Assembly (NCBI GenBank): GCA_015060965.1
Contig: SUXN01000012.1
Coordinates: 10 to 64,009, forward strand
Direction: 5' to 3'
Length of the DNA stretch: 64,000 bases
Source: Bacteroidales bacterium
GTDB lineage: Bacteria > Bacteroidota > Bacteroidia > Bacteroidales > Bacteroidaceae
Made by a program: the position numbers and the translations under genes. This document shows positions 28,457 to 38,164 of the stretch, piece by piece; the first letter of the stretch is position 1, and each line of letters begins with the position of its first letter. The notes beneath the pieces were generated by a model that saw only the letters and a list, made by a program, of their open reading frames with translations, did not search any database and was not told where the DNA came from.

Positions 28457-31444
28457 TCACTCGACAGGCTCGAGAACCACATCCGGATTATTGTACAACT
28501 CACTCAAGCTGGCAATATGGAAATGGTAAACTCTACCATCGGTTGCTATATAGTCAAATTCGACCTCCTCTGTTGTCCAGCCGAACTGATACTCCGAGCG
28601 CAGATTCAGGCTATAGTTTCCGTCATCGGTCACCCTAACAGAGCCTATGCGCACTCCGTCCTTTGTACGTGCAAAAGCAACAAACGCATCAGCCGGCATA
28701 GGAGTCTTGACACCGTCTACATTGTAATGTATCGTACCATTTATTGTTTCGTTTGTCAGCTTAAATTTCTTCTCATAAAAAACTACCTTCTCAACATTTG
28801 AACTTAGAGTTATAATTCCTGCCGATGTTATCTTTACTGTCTTGAACGGCAACGTCTTACGTTCACCACTCTGGTCTGCCGCACTTGGGTCGGTCGCGAG
28901 CGCTGCCGAAGTGCCGTATTTCCTTTCATCATCACGTGTGGCAGCAACAGTATACACAAAACGGCCATCGGGCAGTTGCTTAAGCTTTTCTGCATCCAGA
29001 TTGCACTCGGCAAGACGGCTCTCGTCTATCTGCAACATAGGAGCATCTATATATATCTCGAACTCCTCACCGAACGGGTCGACACATTTGCCGTCACTGC
29101 CCTGGAAACTGGTGACATCAAGAGTTATGTCAACATTCTGGTTGGGCAGATAACTCAAAGAGAGAACATCGGTAACATCCTCATTCTGCCCTGTCACAAT
29201 CGTGCCTTGCCCATTTACCTTAGCCGAGAAACGGAATGGACGGTATGTGGCAAGTTCAAAGATTACAGAACGGTATGAGTTCCCCTCGTACGGACTGCTG
29301 TGATCAAGGACCGAAGTGCTTCCTGCCTGATTGGAAGATATGCGCACCACATCATCGCTTACGGCACGGTTTGTCCTCAGATGCATTGTATATTGACCTG
29401 TTTGAGAAGCAACAGTACTCTTTGGCATAAACATGAACATACGTCCACTCTTTGATGTCTGCCATATATCTTCCGGAATATTGTAATAGTTACAATCCTG
29501 GCTTATACCGGCAGGCATATTTTCATCGGTATAATAGTCAAGAGTCTTTGAATAGAGAAGAAACTCATCCTTCTCACCGACATCAATTGCACTGCCCGTA
29601 GCATTGTCAACCATAACCATATCAAAGCTGACATGGGCATATCTCTTACGGGGAACGAGCTTATAGAGAATTACCTCATCGGCAGCATAGCCATCAGAGG
29701 CATTCTCGGGCTGATACTCATTGAGTCCTGATACTGTTATCGCACGCTGGTGACCGGCATAGACATAGCTTTTCTGCAGCGTCTCGAAGAATTCGGCCTC
29801 AATCCACAGACTGTCGACAAAATTGTCAGCCTGAGTCAGGATATTCTCAAAATAGAGACGGTGCACACCCGGGCCGTCGACAATATATTCATATTTGTAC
29901 TCGCAGTTCTTGAAATCATCACCGAACCACTCGTCATCATCCTTGCGGATGACAGGCAACTGCATTCCCGAAGCTGCACGCACGTCAAGGCTATTTACCG
30001 TTACAAGAACCGGGAACGGATAGAGTATCTCGGGACAGTTCTCGGGGATATTGAACTTTAAGGTCACATACTGGCCTGTCTCGCCACCATACACCTGAGT
30101 TCCCACCCACGAAGGGGTAAACACCTGCTTCTTGATGACATTTATCTCTATTGTCCTTTGCAGTCGGCCTTTCTTTAAAAGGATTGTGCCCTTTTGTATA
30201 TCCTTGCCCATTGGATTGAGCATCACTGTTATGCTGCCTTTTCCTGTAGAAGGGTCAAATGTATGGCTTCTGAACTCATGTTCTGCGACGTCATTGCTGC
30301 CTAACCAGGATATCCGGGCAATATCGTCAGCACTCAACGCCACACCGTCATTACGGCTGATTGTATAATGCAGCGTATATTCGTCACCTGCCTCGTCCGA
30401 CGGGATGACCACACCGGTTTTCTCTACTGCGAGTTTGTATGTACCGTCCTGAACCTCCGGAACCCAACTGTCGATTGATATCCATACATTGTTGGTAAAT
30501 GGAGCGTCAAGCGCCTCTACAAACGTCGGTCTGCCATGAGTAAGACTACCGGTGATATTGAGCACATAGGAGTGGTTTCTTCTTATCAGCAGCTGCTCGC
30601 CCTCGGCATCGATGAGCGCGACACGATAATAGAGCTGCTCATTTGCTCCCGGAACATTTCCACGTATGATAACGCTTATAGGATTATCTATTCTATTCTC
30701 GTGTTCAAATATATACTCCTCACCCTTTGTATTGACATCCTGGATATCACTCATGAGAACGGTATTCTGCGGCAATGTGACATACTCTTCGGCTCCAGGC
30801 CACACAAAGCCCTCTTCGTTCGAGTGAGGAGCGACTGTACCGAATGCATGTATGCCGGTTGTCACAAAACCGGTAACATTCAGATACTCCGTACTCCAGT
30901 CTGCTATCGAAATCTTGGCCTGATTGCGTATCATCTCTATCGAGCCTTTCGCTGCCAGCTCCTGCTGGAACACCTGACCTTTGCCGCTGGCCTCGAATCG
31001 TGCCCAATAGATGAGCATACCGGAAGCGCCCTCCATATCGGCCATCACAGCGGCCTCGGTCTTGTTCATAAAGTCATCATCGCTGTAGAGGCTCGGATTC
31101 TGGTTCGCAATGAAATGTATGATTCTTGTTTCCTCGGGCACATTGGCACTGAAACTGCCTGTGGTTCCCGATGTAGGTACGGGATTTGCGTTTGCAGTAG
31201 CAATGAACAGGCCATAAGTATTGAAGCAGAAGAGTGTCATATTCTGTACATCGATGCCATCGGGATCGACCGCACGTACCTCAACCCTCTTCATGTCAGG
31301 CACAGCTGCATTGAAAGTGATGTTCACATACCCTTCCGGTGCATTGCCTGCCGGCGGCAAGGAGATATCGTCCTGCACGCATGACACAAGGGCAACTGCA
31401 GTACCCAGCACAGCAACAAAAATATTCAATAATCTTCTTTTCAT
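28457..31444 (-). CDS. Large type V pilus accessory/tip protein (fimbrillin-like N-terminus, 995 aa)
   Basis: Lipobox (VALVSC) and an Arg-Ala site about 30 aa downstream (KRVEVRAVD) as in Mfa/FimA-type pilins. Last gene of the operon. Confidence 0.7.
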   Translation of the reverse strand: MKRRLLNIFVAVLGTAVALVSCVQDDISLPPAGNAPEGYVNITFNAAVPDMKRVEVRAVDPDGIDVQNMTLFCFNTYGLFIATANANPVPTSGTTGSFSANVPEETRIIHFIANQNPSLYSDDDFMNKTEAAVMADMEGASGMLIYWARFEASGKGQVFQQELAAKGSIEMIRNQAKISIADWSTEYLNVTGFVTTGIHAFGTVAPHSNEEGFVWPGAEEYVTLPQNTVLMSDIQDVNTKGEEYIFEHENRIDNPISVIIRGNVPGANEQLYYRVALIDAEGEQLLIRRNHSYVLNITGSLTHGRPTFVEALDAPFTNNVWISIDSWVPEVQDGTYKLAVEKTGVVIPSDEAGDEYTLHYTISRNDGVALSADDIARISWLGSNDVAEHEFRSHTFDPSTGKGSITVMLNPMGKDIQKGTILLKKGRLQRTIEINVIKKQVFTPSWVGTQVYGGETGQYVTLKFNIPENCPEILYPFPVLVTVNSLDVRAASGMQLPVIRKDDDEWFGDDFKNCEYKYEYIVDGPGVHRLYFENILTQADNFVDSLWIEAEFFETLQKSYVYAGHQRAITVSGLNEYQPENASDGYAADEVILYKLVPRKRYAHVSFDMVMVDNATGSAIDVGEKDEFLLYSKTLDYYTDENMPAGISQDCNYYNIPEDIWQTSKSGRMFMFMPKSTVASQTGQYTMHLRTNRAVSDDVVRISSNQAGSTSVLDHSSPYEGNSYRSVIFELATYRPFRFSAKVNGQGTIVTGQNEDVTDVLSLSYLPNQNVDITLDVTSFQGSDGKCVDPFGEEFEIYIDAPMLQIDESRLAECNLDAEKLKQLPDGRFVYTVAATRDDERKYGTSAALATDPSAADQSGERKTLPFKTVKITSAGIITLSSNVEKVVFYEKKFKLTNETINGTIHYNVDGVKTPMPADAFVAFARTKDGVRIGSVRVTDDGNYSLNLRSEYQFGWTTEEVEFDYIATDGRVYHFHIASLSELYNNPDVVLEPVE

Positions 31445-31479
31445 AGCTCTTAAGATTCTCCGTTAGTTATTGGTATATC

Positions 31480-33777
31480 CTATTTCACATAAGCATCGCG
31501 TACACAGCGTATCGCCGACTGGTTCGCATTAGGATTGTCATTCTTGTTATTGTATGCAGGACCACTTGCCGACATATAATAGCTTCCGTTAAGCAGATAG
31601 TCAATGGCATCGGCATCCTGGTCTTCTGTTCCCTGCAACCCGATGATGATATCTATCTCGGCCTTTGTCGGAACTCTCCAGTCGTCAAGGACCACAGCAT
31701 TGCCGTTCTCATCCTTGTAGACCTCAACATAGTTCAGGCAATGTTCGCGCAGAATCTCCATGCGGTCAGCGATGCCGTTCCTGTTGTTGTCAAGAATGGT
31801 TCCGGTTATCTTTCCGTCTTCGGCAATGGTATAGTCGCTGAAATCATTGATATCATCAAGATTACCGTAATCCGTATATATAGCACCGAGACGTGATGCA
31901 ATCATGAATGAGGGCGATACAAGTTTGGCATTGTCGGCTCCCGGATCTGTATAACCATCCGTTATACGCGGATGTCCTACCTTGTATTTGTCCGAAGTCG
32001 CGGTCACCCTGATATGATACATACGGGCGTTGGTAGATGTCTCACATGTGCCGGCGATTGTCGGTTCATCATCGTTGGCACCCCATTCATAGAAAGAGGT
32101 TGTCGATTTGCCGTTCCTGTCCGTCGCTGTAACTACCTTTGAGTGCCAGAAAGCATTCTGGTTGAGGCCCGCGTTCCAGCCACCGGCATTATAACTGTCT
32201 GTATAATAATTATAGCTACCATTCCACGATGTCCCGTTCACACCCACAGAGACATATCGTGCCGAACCTTTCTGTTCATATGTAGTTACGCTGCCCGTAC
32301 CCCTCTTGAAGTCATCTCGGTAGGAGTACCATCCCAGCTGGTTCGTGATGTATATAAGCGGATACTGCTCGACCCACACCGTATCCTTGAGTCCCTCGGC
32401 ATTCTCCACCTCGAACATGAAATAACGTATTGTATTGTTTGTAGGGACAGGGCTGTCAACGGTAATGTTTCCCGATATGCCTTCGGCCTCTGCGGTTATT
32501 CCGCCACCTGAATATTTCTGCTTACTGCCGAACTTGTCAATGTAATATGGATAATCGGTAATGTTGTCCAGCAATTTGACGGTAACATCCGAAGAGGAAG
32601 AGAAGAGCAAGGTTGTTGAATCCACAGCAACGTTATGCATCTTTATTGTATCATGGTTCACCGTAAGATATTTGGGTGCATTTGCGCCATTGACATCAAC
32701 GTCCACGACAGTCCAGTCACGGACATAGTACTTGAGGTCCTCAATCACTATCGGTTCTGTCTCCTCCTCGGCACCGGGAGCATTGATTGTACCGGAAACC
32801 CTATAGTAGTTATTGCGTTTGAAATAGAGTTTGCCTGCCGGGCGCAATGCAATCTGATAGTAGCTGTTTTCATGTATCTTGCCATCATATTCTACAGGGA
32901 TGTTCACAATGAGAGAGGTACCTCTTTCAAAGAATTCGTTATTCTCCCACGAATGGCTGTACAAGTATGCCGTTACCATAACGGAATCCGCATCCCACTT
33001 GAAATAGCGCCCGGTGCTCTTGTCAGGAGTACGCAACAGGGGTTGGGGTTTCTCGTCCTGGCTGGCAAGAGGAATGACAGAAGTGCTGTAGGGGAGATTA
33101 CGCAGATAGTAACCGATATGTGCATTGCTGACGAAATCGACATCACTGCCCTTATAAAGGACTATGTCGAGTTTGGCCGCTGCACGGCGCAGGTTGACTT
33201 TCAGGCGGGTCTTTTCCTTGTCGACACCGTCATAAAGCAGCACTGCTGCCGGCGATGACGGCTCAATGACCGAACTTCCCGGAAAAGCGACACCGTCCAT
33301 AAGGAAACTGACGGGGGCATTCTCTATTCCGGAGCCTGTCATGTGTATTCTTTCATCGACCTGATTGAGACTATGGAGCGACCCGATATCGGCAAGATCC
33401 GCAAAGGTACTTTCGGGATGAGTGCTGTTGGCAATCACATATACAAAATACTTTGCATCCTTCGTAAAGACTCCCGCACGTTTTGTCTTGAGCCTTATTG
33501 TGCCGGCATATGAGGGTACCACATTGACACGCTCGCTGTATTTGAACTCTCCGCTCTCCTCAAATATCACGATATCAAGATGATTTACACTCCACTCCAG
33601 TTCATTGTCAGCCACTGTGGCGCGCGTCATCAATCCCCCTGTCACAATATCAAGAGAGATATAATCGTTGTCCGATGACAAGGTTCCGTATTCTTGTTCA
33701 TCGTCCACACATGAGTGCAAAGCAGCAACAGCAATTGCCAAGAAGAGAGAATATATAAAGCGTTTCATGGTTTTCAT
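31480..33777 (-). CDS. Type V pilus accessory protein with DUF1566/Lcl-like C-terminal domain (765 aa)
   Basis: Lipobox (ALHSC) and a GGLMTRATV processing-site-like motif. The C-terminus has DDWRVPTKAEI...IRCVRD, characteristic of DUF1566. Confidence 0.65.
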   Translation of the reverse strand: MKTMKRFIYSLFLAIAVAALHSCVDDEQEYGTLSSDNDYISLDIVTGGLMTRATVADNELEWSVNHLDIVIFEESGEFKYSERVNVVPSYAGTIRLKTKRAGVFTKDAKYFVYVIANSTHPESTFADLADIGSLHSLNQVDERIHMTGSGIENAPVSFLMDGVAFPGSSVIEPSSPAAVLLYDGVDKEKTRLKVNLRRAAAKLDIVLYKGSDVDFVSNAHIGYYLRNLPYSTSVIPLASQDEKPQPLLRTPDKSTGRYFKWDADSVMVTAYLYSHSWENNEFFERGTSLIVNIPVEYDGKIHENSYYQIALRPAGKLYFKRNNYYRVSGTINAPGAEEETEPIVIEDLKYYVRDWTVVDVDVNGANAPKYLTVNHDTIKMHNVAVDSTTLLFSSSSDVTVKLLDNITDYPYYIDKFGSKQKYSGGGITAEAEGISGNITVDSPVPTNNTIRYFMFEVENAEGLKDTVWVEQYPLIYITNQLGWYSYRDDFKRGTGSVTTYEQKGSARYVSVGVNGTSWNGSYNYYTDSYNAGGWNAGLNQNAFWHSKVVTATDRNGKSTTSFYEWGANDDEPTIAGTCETSTNARMYHIRVTATSDKYKVGHPRITDGYTDPGADNAKLVSPSFMIASRLGAIYTDYGNLDDINDFSDYTIAEDGKITGTILDNNRNGIADRMEILREHCLNYVEVYKDENGNAVVLDDWRVPTKAEIDIIIGLQGTEDQDADAIDYLLNGSYYMSASGPAYNNKNDNPNANQSAIRCVRDAYVK

Positions 33778-33785
33778 TAGTTATG

Positions 33786-35300
33786 TTATAACTGTCTAAT
33801 CCTTATAATCTTTGGGTCACTTCCACTATTGGGCCAAGCAATCTTCTCGCTTGTACCATTAATGAAGAGATAGAGAGAAGAACCGTCGGGCATCCACGAC
33901 TGCGTATATGTAATTCCGAAATCCACTTCAGTACCGGAGTTGGCCGGATTAAGCGGGATAACGACAATCCTGTACCAGTTATCTGAATCAGCTACCCAGT
34001 CGGCTGGATCAGTGAGCTGCACATCCGGTGCATCGCTCCTGTATACCTTTATCTCGTACTCGGTATTGGCCTTGTTCACTACCGGAGTCCAGGTCTGTTG
34101 TTCGGGTTTGTCCATCTTGAACCAGACAGCGAAGGCGTCACCCTCTTTCTGATTGTCGTCACTGTTATACTTCATTACGGGGTCAATCGTGATTTCTTCG
34201 GATGGAGTGATATAATCAGGGACTACAGGATTGTGGTATGTGGGATATGCAAACTCGCCACGCTCCCAATTGTTCTCTTCCTCGTCATATTCCCAGTCAA
34301 GGACCTCATAATCGATTTCTATGCCGCTTGTGATACCGGTGATGTTAAAACGGTAGATATGGTTACGTACAATATTTGCCTCACTCTTATCTACAAGGTC
34401 TCCATTGGCATCGTAAGAACCGAACCTTATCGAGTTAGGGAACTCAAGAGGCTCCTGGGTGCCGTCACCCAACGTTACGCTTATATTGGGACGGTTATCT
34501 GCCGTATGTAGCACATTGAACTCGGGAACATATATCCAGTAGCGCCTGCCCGGCTCATATTCATACAGAGCAAGCGGTGTATCCACATAGCTGTGAAAGG
34601 CATTCATGCACTGCTCCTGGTCAAGAGCCGTTGTATATGCGACAGACGACCAACCCGAAGGCACACAGTATCCTTTACTGTTGTGGTTATTCAGGAAAGC
34701 GGCATCAAGAGAATAGCCGTTGGCAAGCATCTCGTTGCTGAGCACAACCTCAACCTTTGCCATAGAACGCAGAAGTGCAATCTCGCCTGCATCCTGCTGC
34801 TCGCTGCCGTCAGCCTCGAACTGCATGACGCCCCACATAGGGATGTATCCATAGGGATAGACAACATTGCCCAAATCATAGTAAGTCCCGTCAAGATCAC
34901 CTACATTTGCATGGCAGTTTGCAAAAACCATAACCTTGTACTGTGTCCCGGACTTTAGTTGCAATGCAGTGACATCACCGGCAAGCCTATACTCACTCTC
35001 ACTCACCGGCCAGTGCATCAGATTTGCCACCTCGCCGATGTAGCTGCCGGCAGTGCTGAAAAAGAAGACTCTCAAACCGTCATACGCTATGCGATTATCG
35101 TAAGGCACAGCTTCTGCTGTAATATAGCCCTCTTCCCAGGCAGCCCTTGTCTGCCTGCCGGCATCATCCACTGTCAGGGTAAACATCACCTTCTTCAGCA
35201 CCCCGTCATCGGCACATGGAGCGTCATCGATGATGGAGTTACACGATGAAAGCGTGTAAACCGTCAATAGGATAAACAAGAATCTCAATTTCTCAAACAT
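33786..35300 (-). CDS. Type V pilus accessory protein (504 aa)
   Basis: Lipobox (TLSSC) and the DDAGRQTRAAW motif. Its position between the anchor and the tip genes supports the call. Confidence 0.6.
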   Translation of the reverse strand: MFEKLRFLFILLTVYTLSSCNSIIDDAPCADDGVLKKVMFTLTVDDAGRQTRAAWEEGYITAEAVPYDNRIAYDGLRVFFFSTAGSYIGEVANLMHWPVSESEYRLAGDVTALQLKSGTQYKVMVFANCHANVGDLDGTYYDLGNVVYPYGYIPMWGVMQFEADGSEQQDAGEIALLRSMAKVEVVLSNEMLANGYSLDAAFLNNHNSKGYCVPSGWSSVAYTTALDQEQCMNAFHSYVDTPLALYEYEPGRRYWIYVPEFNVLHTADNRPNISVTLGDGTQEPLEFPNSIRFGSYDANGDLVDKSEANIVRNHIYRFNITGITSGIEIDYEVLDWEYDEEENNWERGEFAYPTYHNPVVPDYITPSEEITIDPVMKYNSDDNQKEGDAFAVWFKMDKPEQQTWTPVVNKANTEYEIKVYRSDAPDVQLTDPADWVADSDNWYRIVVIPLNPANSGTEVDFGITYTQSWMPDGSSLYLFINGTSEKIAWPNSGSDPKIIRIRQL

Positions 35301-35304
35301 AGCG

Positions 35305-36345
35305 TCAATTCATTGATTGGTTATTCAATACTACCCTCCATGAGTTCACAATGATGGATGAAGATATCCAGCGTCCTGCCTCATCGAGGAAGAAAGTCAT
35401 ATTGTACTCATCCTGGCGGTCGAGGTACTCCTGATTGCTCATAGCCTTGTTATAGTTGCCCTTCACAAGAAGTGCATAGTCGATAAGAGGCACCGAGAGG
35501 ACCACCTCGTCCTTTTCAAGGTTCCGCACAACAAGTACCGGACGGTTGCCATCCACCAGACGGCCGGTTGTCAGCTCTGCGACAGCAACACCTACCGAGG
35601 ATGCCGCACGTGTTTCATTGTCGTTGTAGATATCGGCATTGATATCGGCGCTGCCGGTCTGCAGGCTCCATGGTTTGTATACAATCAGCTCGTCATCAAG
35701 GAGCGAGTTGTCGTAATCCATATAACCGTTGTAGTCCTGTATCTCGAACGAGAAGAGTTCGGGATTCACATCCTCACCCGATAGCTGCTGCAGAATCACA
35801 CGAACCACATTGGTATTCTTTGTCAATGATATCGTCTCGTAATGTATTCCGGGAGCATCAGTCAGAGTCGCCTTCAACGATCCATGGAACAGAGGGGCAA
35901 GATCCTTGTCTACAATGCCGTAGCCTTCTGAAGCAATACGGTTCATACGGCATTTCAGTTCTTCCTTTGTTGTTGCGCCTATCTGCGCTTCGGGGACAAC
36001 AAACGAATCACCGTCACCAATTCCGCACCACGCCAGGAATTCATAATCGCCAGCCTTGAGTTCTACAGGCAAGGCGTAGTTCTCGTCGGCAAGTGCCGCA
36101 CCGCTTTCCGCCCCTTGATAAACAAGGACACCGCTGCTGTCGAACACATAGAGCGCCACAGAAGTAACCTCATGATTGAAAGCATCGGCAAACTTCATGT
36201 TCATGTCGTACTTGAACCTTATTCTATAATGTACAGAACAGTCGCCCTCATCATCAAAGATAACGCTGTTGTCACACGACATTAAGACAGTTGCCAACAG
36301 AGCCAGCAGCACTCCCATCCTACTAAAGATTGATGTTTTATTCAT
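35305..36345 (-). CDS. FimB/Mfa2-family pilus anchor/terminator subunit
   Basis: Lipobox (VLMSC) followed by DDEGDCSVHYRIRFKYDMNM, typical of Mfa2-family proteins. Lies directly downstream of the major subunit gene. Confidence 0.75.
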   Translation of the reverse strand: MNKTSIFSRMGVLLALLATVLMSCDNSVIFDDEGDCSVHYRIRFKYDMNMKFADAFNHEVTSVALYVFDSSGVLVYQGAESGAALADENYALPVELKAGDYEFLAWCGIGDGDSFVVPEAQIGATTKEELKCRMNRIASEGYGIVDKDLAPLFHGSLKATLTDAPGIHYETISLTKNTNVVRVILQQLSGEDVNPELFSFEIQDYNGYMDYDNSLLDDELIVYKPWSLQTGSADINADIYNDNETRAASSVGVAVAELTTGRLVDGNRPVLVVRNLEKDEVVLSVPLIDYALLVKGNYNKAMSNQEYLDRQDEYNMTFFLDEAGRWISSSIIVNSWRVVLNNQSMN

Positions 36346-36483
36346 ATGTGTCTGTTTTTATATATTATCCGTACCTGGTATGCACAGTAGTAAATTCAAA
36401 TCCGGTGGAAACCCTAATCGACAAGGTTTCAGTCACGTGCCTCTCTTTGCACCGGCACGTCAAGTGCGTCTTGCTTTGTTTTG

Positions 36484-36515
36484 AATGTAGTGTGGGGCTA
36501 TCCCCACACTACATT
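36484..36515 (-). terminator. Strong intra-operon hairpin after the major pilin gene (attenuator candidate)
   Basis: Perfect 14-bp stem (aatgtagtgtgggg / ccccacactacatt) with a 4-nt loop, 38 nt downstream of the Mfa1-like stop, inside a 207-bp intergenic gap. Confidence 0.55.
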
Positions 36516-36552
36516 TCTGATAGTATAGGTTCAGTTTAGAGATAGTTTTGTA

Positions 36553-38121
36553 TTATTTGAGGGAAACGTTCTGGTTAACAAGTTTCCAAGAGAGTACATT
36601 GATTCTTGCCGCGATGTAAGACTCTGTGTCGCTTGGAGAAACCGGCTCCTCTACAACCGAGTCACCGTCGTATACAGGAGTACCGAGACCTACGATGTCT
36701 GTCACGTTCACTGCATAAGAGTGATTGCGTACCACGCCATACTCTCCACTCTTGCCCGCAGCACCAAGGTGCTTGATATCGGCAAAGTAGTAAGACATAC
36801 CGTTCTTCCATACCTGGGCATGCTCAAGAGCATCGAGTGCCGCATTCAGGTCGTCAACAGTCACATCAGCGAATGTAACGCCATCGGCATTGCGCACCTT
36901 CCACACTTTAGATTCAGCTGCAGTTGTCAGCTTGTATGTTACGGTATAACTGTCGACATCAGATGTTCCGGCTACAGCAAGTTCTATGTCAGCGGGAGCT
37001 ATTGATGTATAAGTTGAATTCTCATAAGAGTAGTACTTTGAAGCAAGAGCTGTAGCAATGCTTGTCTTGAGAGCGTCAATTGTAAGATACTCGCCGAGCA
37101 GCTTGACTACCTCAACCGGATTTCCATCAGCGTCAGCAATCTGAGCCTTCACAAGCACCTTGGTATTCTCACCGCTTGTATTCTCGAGGCAATAGTCTGC
37201 AGCATCCACTTCATTGCTTAAGCTATTCCAGTTGAAGCTCTTGTTCAGGACAACACTACCTGCAATCTCAGCCGACTTGCCCCAGAATGAACGCTTGTAG
37301 GCCTCGATGTTCCAACCTACGATACCGAGATTGTCATCTGTCCATGAAGCCTCAATGCTCTTGACAAGGTTTGAATGGCTGATTGTCGTATTGAGGTCCC
37401 AACCAAGAACCTTTACATAGAAATTGGTTCCGGGAGCGTAAGGATTCTCGATACCTGTATCAAACAGCTCACTTGCCTGCGACATTGCAACCTTGGCAGC
37501 AACACGCTCCACATAGATGTCAACAGGAGATGCTACCGCACCGGTCTCTGTAGAAGAGATATTGGCAACAGTAATGGGAGTTGCGTCCATCACGTCCGCA
37601 CCGCTCAGATATACAGAGTTACTCATTACAAAACCGTCTGCAAGGTTTGCAGCTGCAGCCTCCTCAACCAGCTGAGACTTAAGATCGGCAAGAGAGAGAG
37701 AAACGCCTGAATAGTCCCAGTTTACTACAGCTACAACCTTGGCTGGGTTTGTACCTTTGTTATTCCTGATCATAAGGATAGTGCTTGTTACCGTCTCCAC
37801 ATTTTCCGGAACACTTCCTTCATCGCCCAGACCTGTCTTGACAATATAGTTCACACCTGTACCGCCAATCTCGCTTGAGACATTGAAAGGAGAACCTGCA
37901 TTGTCAAAGAAGAAGAAATACGCATTGTTAACCGCCTGCTCTTCAGCTGTGCCATCGGCATAGTCTGCACGGGTAGCATCATAAGCAGAGTTCACATTCA
38001 CTGCAATGTATGAGGTCTTTGCATTAGCCACCGGAGTATCGACTACGCCATCGTCCTCATTTGTACAGCTGAACAACATACCAGCTGCCAACAAACCTAA
38101 TAATAATCTGTCAGTCTTCAT
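36553..38121 (-). CDS. Mfa1-family type V pilus major subunit
   Basis: ATG at 38121 (MKTDRLLLGLLAAGMLFSC; the track start at 38133 is TTG). It has the AYDATRADYADG processing-site motif and a typical Mfa1-like N-terminal region (NNAYFFFFD). Confidence 0.75.
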   Translation of the reverse strand: MKTDRLLLGLLAAGMLFSCTNEDDGVVDTPVANAKTSYIAVNVNSAYDATRADYADGTAEEQAVNNAYFFFFDNAGSPFNVSSEIGGTGVNYIVKTGLGDEGSVPENVETVTSTILMIRNNKGTNPAKVVAVVNWDYSGVSLSLADLKSQLVEEAAAANLADGFVMSNSVYLSGADVMDATPITVANISSTETGAVASPVDIYVERVAAKVAMSQASELFDTGIENPYAPGTNFYVKVLGWDLNTTISHSNLVKSIEASWTDDNLGIVGWNIEAYKRSFWGKSAEIAGSVVLNKSFNWNSLSNEVDAADYCLENTSGENTKVLVKAQIADADGNPVEVVKLLGEYLTIDALKTSIATALASKYYSYENSTYTSIAPADIELAVAGTSDVDSYTVTYKLTTAAESKVWKVRNADGVTFADVTVDDLNAALDALEHAQVWKNGMSYYFADIKHLGAAGKSGEYGVVRNHSYAVNVTDIVGLGTPVYDGDSVVEEPVSPSDTESYIAARINVLSWKLVNQNVSLK

Positions 38122-38164
38122 AGTTTCAATCAATGTTTAGAAATTATCAATTATTGTCAATCAT

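Noticed and set aside
28457-35300. Diversity-generating retroelement or shufflon acting on the pilus tip adhesin genes
   Set aside because: I could detect no reverse transcriptase, no template/variable repeat pair and no recombinase or short inverted repeats around these genes in the window.
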